Source: Vicinamibacterales bacterium (GTDB lineage: Bacteria > Acidobacteriota > Vicinamibacteria > Vicinamibacterales > SCN-69-37). Taken from it: a stretch of 64,000 nt of DNA. The stretch is taken from NCBI GenBank assembly GCA_046597705.1, contig JBKJJZ010000510.1, positions 699 through 64,698 on the forward strand. The letters are read 5' to 3'. Of this stretch, positions 1-8,897 are shown one piece after another (positions within the stretch are counted from its first letter, which is position 1; each line of letters starts with the position of its first letter). The notes beneath the pieces are model-generated. The model was given only the letters and a program-made list of their open reading frames with translations. It had not been told where the DNA came from and did not search any database. A program made the translations under genes and the position numbers.

Positions 1-1098
1 CGCGGGACGTTACGTGGCGCCTCGGTCCTGTCCACGCCGCCGGCCGCGGTGGATCGCACCAGGTTCAGCATCGGAGTGACACCCTACACCGCCGAAGAAC
101 TGAAAATCCTGGAATCGCCTGCGCCACCCGCGGCTCCTGCGGCACCCGCCGCCGCGCCCAATCCCAACGTGGTGCGTCCCGAAGAGAAGATGGCCTTCTA
201 CAAGGCCGAGGGTGTCGTCGCGGTGTTGCAATCCGAGAGCGGATGGCCCGGCGCGGTGCGCGGCTTCGCGCGCCCAGGCACCAGAACCGACAATTGGGGA
301 CGAGCCGAGACCCTGGCTTCGCCGCCCATCGTTGCGCTCACACCCGAACACTACAACCGGATGTTCCGCCTTCGGGAGCGCGGCATCGCGGTCACGATCG
401 AGATCGAGATCCGCAACCGGATTGGCGCCTCTGTCGAACAAGCCAGCAACGTGGTGGGAGAAATCACCGGCACCGATCTCGGTAATGAGCTGGTGATGAT
501 TGGCGCGCATCTGGACACGTGGCACGCGAGTCCGAATGCCAGCGACAACACGTCCGGGGTGGCAGTGGTCCTTGAAGCCATGAGGATCCTCCGCGCGGTT
601 GGCGCCAAACCCCGGCGTACGATTCGAGCGGCGCTGTGGGCCGGGGAAGAGCAGGGGCTCCACGGCTCGCGCGAGTACGTGCTGAAGCATTTCGGCGACC
701 CGGCCAGCCCGAAGGGCGTGACGCCCGCGTACGAGAAGCTGTCCGCCTATTTCAATCAGGATTACGGACCCGGTCAGTACCGCGGTATTTACCTGCAAGG
801 CAACGACAATGCTCACGCGATGATGCTGGCGTGGACGGTCCCATTCCGCGACCTCGGCATGACCACCGTGTCACCGCGCGGCGTGGGCAGCACCGATCAC
901 ATTTCATTCGACCGTGTCGGCCTGCCGGGCTTCCAGTTCATCCAGGATCGGGTTGGTGGCACGGGTGGGCACACGAATCTGGACTTTCTCGAGACACTTC
1001 CACCGGAAGACTTGATGAAGAACGCCGTCATCATGGCGTCCTTTGCGTATCATGCGGCGATGAGCGAGGACCGCGTGCCCAGAAAACCCGTGAAGTGA
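1..1098 (+). CDS. M28 family Zn-metallopeptidase (aminopeptidase), 5'-truncated by window edge
   Basis: The frame is open from base 1, with no stop upstream of the GTG at 49. Motifs MIGAHLDTWH, DNTSGVAVVLEAMRIL, EEQGLHGSREY and STDHISF are typical of the M28 peptidase core. Confidence 0.8.
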   Translation, partial: RGTLRGASVLSTPPAAVDRTRFSIGVTPYTAEELKILESPAPPAAPAAPAAAPNPNVVRPEEKMAFYKAEGVVAVLQSESGWPGAVRGFARPGTRTDNWGRAETLASPPIVALTPEHYNRMFRLRERGIAVTIEIEIRNRIGASVEQASNVVGEITGTDLGNELVMIGAHLDTWHASPNASDNTSGVAVVLEAMRILRAVGAKPRRTIRAALWAGEEQGLHGSREYVLKHFGDPASPKGVTPAYEKLSAYFNQDYGPGQYRGIYLQGNDNAHAMMLAWTVPFRDLGMTTVSPRGVGSTDHISFDRVGLPGFQFIQDRVGGTGGHTNLDFLETLPPEDLMKNAVIMASFAYHAAMSEDRVPRKPVK

Positions 1099-1142
1099 CC
1101 GAACCTGCCGGCGTGCAATCATCATCCGAGCTAGAATCCCCC

Positions 1143-1508
1143 GTGCTTGAACCACGATCAAAGCTGCAGATCATCGAGCGCCGGGTCGATGACGTCACCA
1201 TCCTCGAGCTGGTGGGTGAGATGACGCTCGACGATGGGGATCTGGTGTTCAGGCGGAAGATTCACGAACTATTGGAAGAGGGCCGGCTCAAGATCCTGCT
1301 CGACTTGGGCGGCGTCACGAAGATCGACAGCGCCGGCGTCGGCATGCTCGTGGCGAAGCTCAATACCGCGCATGAGAAGCACGGCGACATCAAGCTGCTG
1401 CACCTGACCTCGCGCAGCTCCCGCGTCTTCGGCATGATGAAGATCCTGACGGCCTTCGAGACGCTCGAGGACGAAGCCCAGGCGATTCAGAGCTTCGGGT
1501 ACAAATAG
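1143..1508 (+). CDS. STAS-domain anti-sigma-factor antagonist (SpoIIAA-like)
   Basis: Only the last ~121 aa of ORF 636..1508 look real: VTILELVGEMTLDDGD...LKILLDLGGVTKIDSAGVGMLV...MKILTAFE. GTG 1143 is the first plausible start after the upstream stop at 1098, so the start is uncertain. Confidence 0.65.
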   Translation: MLEPRSKLQIIERRVDDVTILELVGEMTLDDGDLVFRRKIHELLEEGRLKILLDLGGVTKIDSAGVGMLVAKLNTAHEKHGDIKLLHLTSRSSRVFGMMKILTAFETLEDEAQAIQSFGYK

Positions 1509-1509
1509 A

Positions 1510-1645
1510 TCGGCGCCCCTGAAGGGACGCCCTACGTAATGTCGCGAACAACCGTCTGCACGTAGGGCGTCCCTTCAGGGACCCCGTGCGTACCGTTGCG
1601 ACATCCATCGTTACGTAGGGCGTCCCTTCAGGGGCGCCAATTGTC
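1510..1645. repeat. Cluster of three REP-like hairpin elements (one reverse, two forward) between convergent genes
   Basis: Copies are ggcgcccctgaagggacgccctacgt (1512-1537, reverse), gcacgtagggcgtcccttcagggacccc (1558-1585, degenerate) and tacgtagggcgtcccttcaggggcgccaattg (1612-1643). The same unit recurs at 8 or more other loci. Confidence 0.9.
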
Positions 1646-2764
1646 TCAGCGCGTCTCGCGTGTGACGTTGCTGATCTGCAGATCGAACCCGTTCGGCGTC
1701 GTCGTGTGGTAGCTCTGGTACTTCGCCGTGCGCATCGCTTCGAGCGTGTTGGGCCCCCCGCCCATGTCCACTCGTGCGTTGAGGCCGCGCTTGTCGAGCT
1801 CAGCTTTAACAGCATCGGGATCGAACCCGGCGATGCCGAATGAGATGTGCCCAATTGCGGCGCGTCGCGCGGCCGGTGCCGGCGTGACCGCCGGTGTCGC
1901 GCCCGCTGCCGCACCACGCCCGCCGCCTCCACCGCGGATGATGATGCCGCCGATGTCGCCGATCTGGCACTCGCTCTGGCTGCCTTCATCGGCGCCCGGT
2001 GTCCAGCCCAGGAGCGCATGGTAGAACGCGATCTGCTCCTTGTAGTTCGACGTTTCGAATGAAATGTGATCGAGCCAGACTGTCTTCCAATTGGTGGCCG
2101 CGAACGGAGCCGGGTCAGACACCTTGCCGTTGGCGGCGTCGCGCCGACGAGTCCGTGTGCTCCCGTTGCTGATCTGAAGATTGAATCCGTCGGCATCCTT
2201 GATGCGGAAGCTCTGGAAGTCTTTACCGTCGTTGTCAGCCACCGGATCCAAACCGCGCTTGCGCAATTCGGCTTCGACCTTCTTCGCATCCCAGGGTTCG
2301 ATGCCCCAGCAGTACGAATCGAACGCGGCCGTGCGCGGCGTGCGCCCGCCGCGCCCGCCGGCGGCGGCCGGGGTTGTCGCCGGCGCCGGCGCTGGCGCCT
2401 GGTAACCACCACGAATGACGAGGCCTCCCCAGTCGCCGATGTCGAGCACCGCCTGCTTGCCGTCGTAGCTCCGGATCTTCCAGTTCATGAGGGCTGCGTA
2501 ATACGCCGCTTCCTTCTCGACGTCCGCCACCTGCACCGAAAAGTGATCGAGCAGCACGGTCTTCCATCCAGTGGACGCAAATGGCGGTTTCGCCGGCGTC
2601 GTCTCGCATCCCGGTGTGCCGGCGCGCGCGCCGCCGCACTGGCCCTGACCGAAGACGGAAAGTGGTCGAGCGGCCACGGCGAACCCTAACGCGGCCAACA
2701 ACTGCCGCCGGCTGATTCGGCCCAGGTCGTAGTCCTGAAAGAGAGTTGTTGGAACGTCACCCAT
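1646..2764 (-). CDS. Tat-exported VOC (glyoxalase/bleomycin-resistance/dioxygenase) family protein with repeated VOC modules
   Basis: Twin-arginine signal GRISRRQLLAALGFAVA. Repeated VOC strands LLDHFSVQVADVEKE, WLDHISFETSNYKEQ and IGHISFGIAGFDPD. Confidence 0.75.
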   Translation of the reverse strand: MGDVPTTLFQDYDLGRISRRQLLAALGFAVAARPLSVFGQGQCGGARAGTPGCETTPAKPPFASTGWKTVLLDHFSVQVADVEKEAAYYAALMNWKIRSYDGKQAVLDIGDWGGLVIRGGYQAPAPAPATTPAAAGGRGGRTPRTAAFDSYCWGIEPWDAKKVEAELRKRGLDPVADNDGKDFQSFRIKDADGFNLQISNGSTRTRRRDAANGKVSDPAPFAATNWKTVWLDHISFETSNYKEQIAFYHALLGWTPGADEGSQSECQIGDIGGIIIRGGGGGRGAAAGATPAVTPAPAARRAAIGHISFGIAGFDPDAVKAELDKRGLNARVDMGGGPNTLEAMRTAKYQSYHTTTPNGFDLQISNVTRETR

Positions 2765-2773
2765 CGGTGCTCC

Positions 2774-3970
2774 TCAGTTTGAAAACGCGGCGATCCCCGT
2801 CTGCGCGCGACCAAGAATCAGCGCGTGGACGTCGTGCGTGCCTTCGTACGTATTGACCACTTCCAGGTTGACCATGTGCCGGATCACGCCGAACTCGTCC
2901 GTGATGCCGTTGCCGCCCATCATGTCGCGCGCGACGCGTGCGATGTCGAGCGCCTTGCCGCACGAATTGCGCTTGAGCATGGACGTAATCTCGGGCGACG
3001 CAATCCCCTCATCCTTCATGCGGCCCAATCGCAGGACCGCTTGCAGGCCGAGCGCGATTTCGGTCTGCATGTCCGCAAGCTTCTTCTGGATGAGTTGATT
3101 CGCCGCCAAAGGCCGGCCGAACTGTTTACGCTCCAGGACGTACGTGCGTGCGCGGAGCCAGCAGTCCTCAGCCGCGCCAAGCGCGCCCCAGGAAATGCCG
3201 TACCGCGCGCTGTTCAAACACGTGAACGGCCCTTTCAGCCCTCGCACTTCCGGGAACGCATTCTCCTCAGGACAGAACACGTCGTCCATCACGATTTCAC
3301 CCGTGAGGCTCGTGCGCAATCCCACCTTGCCGTGAATCGGCGGCGCGCTCAATCCCTTCCAGCCCTTCTCGAGAATGAACCCCCGAATTTCATCCCCATC
3401 ATCTTTCGCCCACACGATGAAGACGTCGGCCAGTGGACTGCTGGTGATCCAGGACTTGGTGCCCGTGAGCGAGAAGCCGCCGTCAACTTTCCGGGCCCGT
3501 GTGGTCATGCCGCCGGGGTCGGAGCCGTGATTGGGTTCGGTGAGGCCGAAGCAACCGATCCACTCACCCGTGGCCAGCTTCGGAAGATACTTCTGCTTCT
3601 GCGCTTCGGTGCCGAATTCGTTGATCGGCACCATCACCAGGGAACCCTGCACGCTCATCATCGAACGGAAGCCGGAGTCCACGCGCTCCACTTCGCGCGC
3701 CACGAGGCCGTAGCTCACGTAGCTGAGCCCGGCCCCGCCATAGGCTTCCGGGATCACGAGGCCGAGCATGTCGAGCTCGCCCATTTCGCGAAAGATGGCG
3801 ACGTCGGTGTGTTCCTTGCGGAACGCCTCGAGCACGCGCGGCGCCAGTTTGTCCTGGCAATAGGCGCGCGCCGTCTCGCGCACCATTTGTTCCTCGTGTG
3901 TCAGTTGCTGTTCCAGGAGGAGAGGATCGTTCCAAGAGAAGGGTGTTCGGGACTTGTCGGCCATGTTCAA
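2774..3970 (-). CDS. gcdH: Glutaryl-CoA dehydrogenase (acyl-CoA dehydrogenase family)
   Basis: 398 aa. The N-terminus [36 protein letters not shown], plus [17 protein letters not shown] and [16 protein letters not shown], match the GcdH-type ACAD pattern as I remember it. Confidence 0.85.
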   Translation of the reverse strand: MNMADKSRTPFSWNDPLLLEQQLTHEEQMVRETARAYCQDKLAPRVLEAFRKEHTDVAIFREMGELDMLGLVIPEAYGGAGLSYVSYGLVAREVERVDSGFRSMMSVQGSLVMVPINEFGTEAQKQKYLPKLATGEWIGCFGLTEPNHGSDPGGMTTRARKVDGGFSLTGTKSWITSSPLADVFIVWAKDDGDEIRGFILEKGWKGLSAPPIHGKVGLRTSLTGEIVMDDVFCPEENAFPEVRGLKGPFTCLNSARYGISWGALGAAEDCWLRARTYVLERKQFGRPLAANQLIQKKLADMQTEIALGLQAVLRLGRMKDEGIASPEITSMLKRNSCGKALDIARVARDMMGGNGITDEFGVIRHMVNLEVVNTYEGTHDVHALILGRAQTGIAAFSN

Positions 3971-3997
3971 CCGAGGCTGATCATGACACGGAACGTG

Positions 3998-4037
3998 CCT
4001 ATTGCCTCATTGCCCATTTGCCTCAATGCCCCATTTC
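3998..4037 (-). repeat. (AATGGGGC)n-type octamer array, forward relative to the minus strand, ~28 nt upstream of the gcdH start
   Basis: The plus strand reads cctattgcctcattgcccatttgcctcaatgccccatttcc, which is the reverse complement of the array seen at 8796, 11826, 48450 and 60859. Confidence 0.85.
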
Positions 4038-6767
4038 CAAGACGGCTATAATCGCCGGGCTACCTTGCCCCTCGCCATCGGATCAAGACTCGGCCACTAC
4101 GAGATCGTGTCGCCCCTGGGTGCCGGAGGCATGGGAGAGGTGTATCGCGCGCGCGACACGAAGCTCGATCGAGACGTAGCGCTGAAGATCCTGCCCGAGT
4201 CGTTCGCGACGGATCCGGATCGGCTGATGCGCTTCACGCGCGAGGCGAAGACGCTTGCGTCGCTCAATCACCCCAACATCGCGGCGATCTATGGGATCGA
4301 AGATCGCGCGCTGGTCATGGAACTGGTCGAGGGCCAGGACCTGTCGGCGACGATTCCATCGGGAGCGGGATTGCCCCTGACCGATGCGCTCGCCATCGCG
4401 AAACAGATCGCCGACGCGCTCGAGGCCGCACATGAGGCGGGCATCATCCATCGCGATCTGAAGCCCGCGAACATCAAGGTGCGCGCGGACGGTACGGTGA
4501 AGGTGCTGGACTTCGGGTTGGCAAAGGCGATGGATCCAGGCGTCGCCGAAGGGACGCCCTACGTTCCGTCATCGGCCGCAACCATGACATCCCCCGCCAT
4601 GACCGCGATGGGACTGATCCTGGGGACCGCGGCGTACATGTCGCCGGAACAGGCACGCGGCAAGCCGGTGGACAAACGCGCGGACATCTGGTCGTTTGGC
4701 GTCGTGCTCCACGAAATGCTCACCGGCAGCCTGCTGTTTCAGGGCGAGACGGTCAGCGACGTGCTGGCCGCGGTGCTTCGCGCTGATATCGATCTCGCGC
4801 AACTGCCGGCCGCGGTGCCGCCGGGAATTCGGCACCTGCTGTCGCGATGCCTCGAAAAAGACCCACGTCGCCGCCTGCGTGACATCGGCGAAGCTCGCAT
4901 CTGGCTCGACCTTCCCATTGCGGTGACGGGCGCGGGCGGGCACACGCCGGGAATTGCGCAAGAAGCCGCTCGCGCGTCAGCGCCGGGTCGAATGACACGC
5001 GTATGGCCGGTGCTCGCCATCGCAAGCACTGTCGCCGCGGTGGGTCTTGCCGCATGGAGTGTTCGCGCCGCACCGGCGCAGTTGCCCATCATCCGTGCGT
5101 CGATACAGTTGCCGCCGGGCACCGAGTACGCCATCGAGGCCTCGAATCCGCCCAACGTCGCGGTTTCTCCGGACGGCACCACGATTGCCTTCGCCGCGAC
5201 CGAGCTTGGCGCGGCACCAACCGAGACCACGCTGTATCTCAGGAGACTTCAGGATGTGGCGGCTACGCCGGTGCCTGACAGTGCCGGCGCGCGCGTTCCG
5301 TTTTTTTCGTATGACGGCCGGTCGGTCGGGTTTATCGCCAAGGGCACTCTCAAGAGAGCCTCGCTCACCGGCGGCGCGCCCAGCGTCATCGCGACCGGCA
5401 TCGCCAACGTGTGGGGCACCGCCTGGCTGCCTGACAACACGATTGTGTTCGCAAATCCACTGCCGACAGGCGAGATGTTGTTTTCCGTTTCCGACACAGG
5501 CGGCAAGCCCGAACTGCTCAGCCGCGTCGAGCGCCTCGACCGCGACAACAGTTTTCCTCGCGCGCTCGATGCTGAACACCTGCTGGTGACCATGTGGACC
5601 GGTGGACTCTATACGGACGGCAACATCTTCAAGTACTCGCGCAAGACCAGGGCCGTGACCACGCAGTTGGTGGAAGGCGGCAGCCAGGGACACCTCGTCG
5701 GCGGCACGCACCTGGTATACGCCCGAGGCGCGGAACTGCTGGCGCAGCCATACCCCGGAGGCACTGGCCAGTCGGGCGCTGTGAAGATGCTGGATGGTGT
5801 GTTGACCGACTCCGCGTATGCCACGTCGCAATTCGATGTATCGAGCGCAGGCGCCCTGGTGTACGCGCCCGCGCCGCTTACGGCGTCGGCAGCTGCGATC
5901 GTGTGGGTGTCCACCGATGGAGCGACCGACGTTGTATTCGAGGATTCGCGCATTGAAACGCCGCGTGCTTCCGCTGACGGCCGGCACATCGTCTTCGTCA
6001 GCACGGATGCGAAACGCGAAAAAGAACTATGGACGTTCGACCTGACGGCGGGACGCCGCTCCCCGCTGACCAGCACCGGTGGCGAAGAATACGCTCCGAC
6101 GATTTCCACGGATGGGTCGCAGGTGTTCTTTTCGGCCTGGCGAGACAAACCGGGGTTGTACCTCACGTCTGTGCGCGGAGTCCTGGAGTCGCTGGTTGCA
6201 ATACCGCAGAACCGCGCGGTTCGGAGCTGGTCGCTGTCGGCCGGCAACCGGTGGCTGGCGGTCACCGACGATGTGCCCGGCGGTGCTGTGAACCGCAGCG
6301 GCGCCGATATCGGCGTCATCGACCTCACGTCGAAAACGCTGGAACCCCAATGGCTCACGGCCACACCTTTTCGTGAGGATCACCCCGCGTTTTCTCCAGA
6401 CGTCACCCTGCTTGCGTACACATCAACTCAACTGGGTGAGCCTGACATCTGGGTCATGCCGTTTCCGGCTGACCCGGCGCGGCCTGCCATGCCTGTGTCG
6501 AGGGTGGGGGGAAGCAACCCGTTCTGGTCATCAAATGGCCAGACGTTGTACTACCTGAACGGCCCTTCGGTGATGGCCTCCAGCGTCACGCGCGGTCCGT
6601 CAGTGATGTTTTCCGAGCCGCGCATCGTCTTCACACAGTCGAACCTGGCCGTCATCGGGGTCGCGCCAGACGGACGGTTTCTGGCCGTCCGCCGTACGCA
6701 CGAACCCGTGACACGGCTCGAGATGGTGTTGAACTGGGTCCGGGAGTTGAAGGACAAAGTCAGGTGA
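4026..6767 (+). CDS. Hanks-type Ser/Thr protein kinase with a TM segment and C-terminal TolB/WD40-like beta-propeller
   Basis: Kinase motifs GAGGMGEVYRA, ALKIL, HRDLKPANI, DFGLAK and YMSPEQ. TM segment VWPVLAIASTVAAVGLAAW. Repeated propeller signatures SPDGTTIAF, SYDGRSVGF, SADGRHIVF, STDGSQVFF and APDGRFLAV. The ORF opens at TTG 4002 inside the repeat array, so ATG 4026 was chosen; the start is uncertain. Confidence 0.85.
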   Translation: MPHFQDGYNRRATLPLAIGSRLGHYEIVSPLGAGGMGEVYRARDTKLDRDVALKILPESFATDPDRLMRFTREAKTLASLNHPNIAAIYGIEDRALVMELVEGQDLSATIPSGAGLPLTDALAIAKQIADALEAAHEAGIIHRDLKPANIKVRADGTVKVLDFGLAKAMDPGVAEGTPYVPSSAATMTSPAMTAMGLILGTAAYMSPEQARGKPVDKRADIWSFGVVLHEMLTGSLLFQGETVSDVLAAVLRADIDLAQLPAAVPPGIRHLLSRCLEKDPRRRLRDIGEARIWLDLPIAVTGAGGHTPGIAQEAARASAPGRMTRVWPVLAIASTVAAVGLAAWSVRAAPAQLPIIRASIQLPPGTEYAIEASNPPNVAVSPDGTTIAFAATELGAAPTETTLYLRRLQDVAATPVPDSAGARVPFFSYDGRSVGFIAKGTLKRASLTGGAPSVIATGIANVWGTAWLPDNTIVFANPLPTGEMLFSVSDTGGKPELLSRVERLDRDNSFPRALDAEHLLVTMWTGGLYTDGNIFKYSRKTRAVTTQLVEGGSQGHLVGGTHLVYARGAELLAQPYPGGTGQSGAVKMLDGVLTDSAYATSQFDVSSAGALVYAPAPLTASAAAIVWVSTDGATDVVFEDSRIETPRASADGRHIVFVSTDAKREKELWTFDLTAGRRSPLTSTGGEEYAPTISTDGSQVFFSAWRDKPGLYLTSVRGVLESLVAIPQNRAVRSWSLSAGNRWLAVTDDVPGGAVNRSGADIGVIDLTSKTLEPQWLTATPFREDHPAFSPDVTLLAYTSTQLGEPDIWVMPFPADPARPAMPVSRVGGSNPFWSSNGQTLYYLNGPSVMASSVTRGPSVMFSEPRIVFTQSNLAVIGVAPDGRFLAVRRTHEPVTRLEMVLNWVRELKDKVR

Positions 6768-8041
6768 CCCTTCGCCGGCACACCATTCCTCTGCTCAGGG
6801 ACCGCCATTCGCATCCGCTGCTGTACGCCGCGTTGATGGACGCGGTGGATTTGAATCGGCCTGGGGAATCCCGCGAATCCGCGATCGAACGCATTACCGC
6901 GGCCGCTGCCCGCGGCGGGACGGGCTGGACGATCGCCACCGGCTGGAACAGCGGCCGTTTCCCGCTCGAGAAATCCGACTTCGACGGCCTGCCTCCAATC
7001 GTCGTCCTCAGTCTGTCGATCCACGGGCTCATCGTGAATGACAACGGCCGGTTGCTTCTGCGAGAGCACGACGCGACGGTGGCCGAACATCTTGATGACC
7101 AGGACTGGATTGAGCGGAATCTTCGAAGAGTGCTCAATCTGTTTGCCCGGGCCGGTGCCTCAACGGAACGGTTGAGAACCTTCTTCCGCCGGCTGCGCGA
7201 GCTTGGCGTGCACAGCGCAGAGGAAATGCTGCTTGTCGGCGAGGAAGAGATTCACTTATTTGACGCGGCGGGTCTGGAGAGCCGCACGCAATTCTGGGCA
7301 GCGCCCGAGACCTACGAATCGGCGTCACTCGCGCATCGCGAACGCATTCGAGGCATCAAGCTGTTCACGGACGGGGCCATCGGCGTCACGACCGCAGCGT
7401 TGAACCACAAGTACAGGACGGCGGATCACCACGGAATGCTGTTGTATGGCGACGAGGAGCTGGAGTCGCTAATCGCGCGCTACTCGCCTGAGAAACCGAT
7501 GGCCATCCACGCCATTGGCGACGCCGCCATCGATCAGGTCGTGTCCGCCGTTGAAAGGGTACGGCGACAAGTCCCGTCGAGTCACGTGATTCGCATCGAG
7601 CACGCGCAATTCATCTCCGAGTCCACGGCCAGTCGCGCCAAGACGCTGGGTCTGCATCTCTCCATGCAGCCGAACTTCTCAGAGGATTCCGTCACCTACG
7701 CCGATCGGCTCCCGATTGGCTATCCGGCCAACAACAATCCATTCCGCATGCTCATCGATCGAGCTGGCTTCGCGCCCGGCGTTGATCTCTACTTCGGTTC
7801 AGACGGCATGCCGCATGGCGTGGAAGAGGCCTTGCGACAGTCACTCTTCCCCGACGGCGGATACGAAGGCCAGGTGCTCACGCTCGACGAATTCATCGCC
7901 GGCTACTGCCTTCCTGACTTGACTGAAGGCTCGATCGATCTGGAAATTGACTCACAAGCACGTCGCTTTCGCGCCACAGTCTCGCCGCGAGCGTCAGATC
8001 CTGGGCCGCCGGCGACGGATCGACGGCATCAAAGCGATTGA
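6764..8041 (+). CDS. Amidohydrolase family protein (YtcJ/Amidohydro_3-like metal-dependent hydrolase)
   Basis: Motifs DRHSHP, IHAIGDAAIDQV, IRIEHAQF, SMQPNF and FGSDGMP. The GTG start overlaps the kinase stop (GTGA at 6764-6767). Confidence 0.7.
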   Translation: MTLRRHTIPLLRDRHSHPLLYAALMDAVDLNRPGESRESAIERITAAAARGGTGWTIATGWNSGRFPLEKSDFDGLPPIVVLSLSIHGLIVNDNGRLLLREHDATVAEHLDDQDWIERNLRRVLNLFARAGASTERLRTFFRRLRELGVHSAEEMLLVGEEEIHLFDAAGLESRTQFWAAPETYESASLAHRERIRGIKLFTDGAIGVTTAALNHKYRTADHHGMLLYGDEELESLIARYSPEKPMAIHAIGDAAIDQVVSAVERVRRQVPSSHVIRIEHAQFISESTASRAKTLGLHLSMQPNFSEDSVTYADRLPIGYPANNNPFRMLIDRAGFAPGVDLYFGSDGMPHGVEEALRQSLFPDGGYEGQVLTLDEFIAGYCLPDLTEGSIDLEIDSQARRFRATVSPRASDPGPPATDRRHQSD

Positions 8042-8783
8042 AGTACCTGCCAGAGACATTCGTGAACTCCGGCTGCGATGCCAATGCGACGATCGGCGCG
8101 GCGCCCTCAGCGACCGGCATGAAACCGCGGCTGAGCCAGAACCTGATGAGCGGCTTCGACCACCACGGCGCACGCGACCAGATGTTCGTGGCCACTCTTC
8201 CGGGAGTCAGGCTGTTCGACGTCACACCAGAGTCCGCCACTCGCCTCGCCAGCTCCGAGGCGAACAGGACGTTCGCGAGTTTCGATCGCGCATAAGCACG
8301 GATGATTTGATAGCCGCGGGCAAGACCCAGATCATCGAAGTCCAGCGTGCCGCCGTAGTGCGCGCCGGATGCGACAGTCACGATGCGGGCGGGTGCGCTG
8401 GCGATGAGACGAGGCAGTAGCCGTTGCGTCAGCAGGAACGGCGCCAGATGGTTCACCGCAAACGTGGCTTCGACCCCATCAACGGTCATCGTGCGCCGCG
8501 CGAAGACACTCCCCGCATTGTTGATGAGCACGTGCAACTCCGGCACATCCCTCAACACATCGTCTGCAAGCTGGTTCACGCTCTTGAGCGACGCGAAGTC
8601 GCACAGGTAAGACGCCGCGTTCACGCCGGATCGGGCTTTCACCAGCGCAAGGGCCTTTTCGATGCGACCCGCGTCACGGCCAACGATGATGACGTTGGCG
8701 CCCATGCCGGCCAGGACCACGGCTGATTCCAGGCCGATGCCATTGGTGGCGCCGGTGATGAGAACGGTCTTGCCTTCGATCAT
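7893..8783 (-). CDS. SDR family oxidoreductase (retinol-dehydrogenase-like)
   Basis: Motifs TGATNGIGLE (TGxxxGxG), NNAG and YARSK (YxxxK). 296 aa. Confidence 0.85.
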   Translation of the reverse strand: MIEGKTVLITGATNGIGLESAVVLAGMGANVIIVGRDAGRIEKALALVKARSGVNAASYLCDFASLKSVNQLADDVLRDVPELHVLINNAGSVFARRTMTVDGVEATFAVNHLAPFLLTQRLLPRLIASAPARIVTVASGAHYGGTLDFDDLGLARGYQIIRAYARSKLANVLFASELARRVADSGVTSNSLTPGRVATNIWSRAPWWSKPLIRFWLSRGFMPVAEGAAPIVALASQPEFTNVSGRYFNRFDAVDPSPAAQDLTLAARLWRESDVLVSQFPDRSSLQSSQEGSSRR

Positions 8784-8795
8784 GACGGCTCAATA

Positions 8796-8853
8796 ATGAG
8801 GCAATTGGGCAATGGGGCAATGGGGCAATGGAATGGGGCAATGGGGCCAATGC
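8796..8853 (+). repeat. (AATGGGGC)n octamer array upstream of a PadR gene
   Basis: Sequence is aatgaggcaattgggcaatggggcaatggggcaatggaatggggcaatggggccaatg. Confidence 0.9.
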
Positions 8854-8869
8854 AGCGAACCGGAAGGCA

Positions 8870-8889
8870 ATCTACCACGTATAGTAGAT
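8870..8889. promoter_or_regulatory. Inverted repeat ATCTAC-N8-GTAGAT, candidate PadR operator
   Basis: atctaccacgtatagtagat lies 9 nt upstream of the PadR ATG (8898). PadR regulators usually autoregulate through palindromes next to their own gene. Confidence 0.4.
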
Positions 8890-8897
8890 TGCCTACC

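Noticed and set aside
636-1508. 290-aa ORF taken as one gene
   Set aside because: The first ~170 codons overlap the M28 peptidase gene in another frame and translate to Arg-rich nonsense. Only the last ~121 aa (the STAS domain) are credible.
2825-4051. 408-aa plus-strand ORF
   Set aside because: It is antisense to gcdH, whose product matches the acyl-CoA dehydrogenase pattern end to end.
8796-8853. Possible CRISPR array (also 11826, 48450, 60859)
   Set aside because: The repeat period is 8 bp with no unique spacers, there are no cas genes, and the arrays are under 160 bp.
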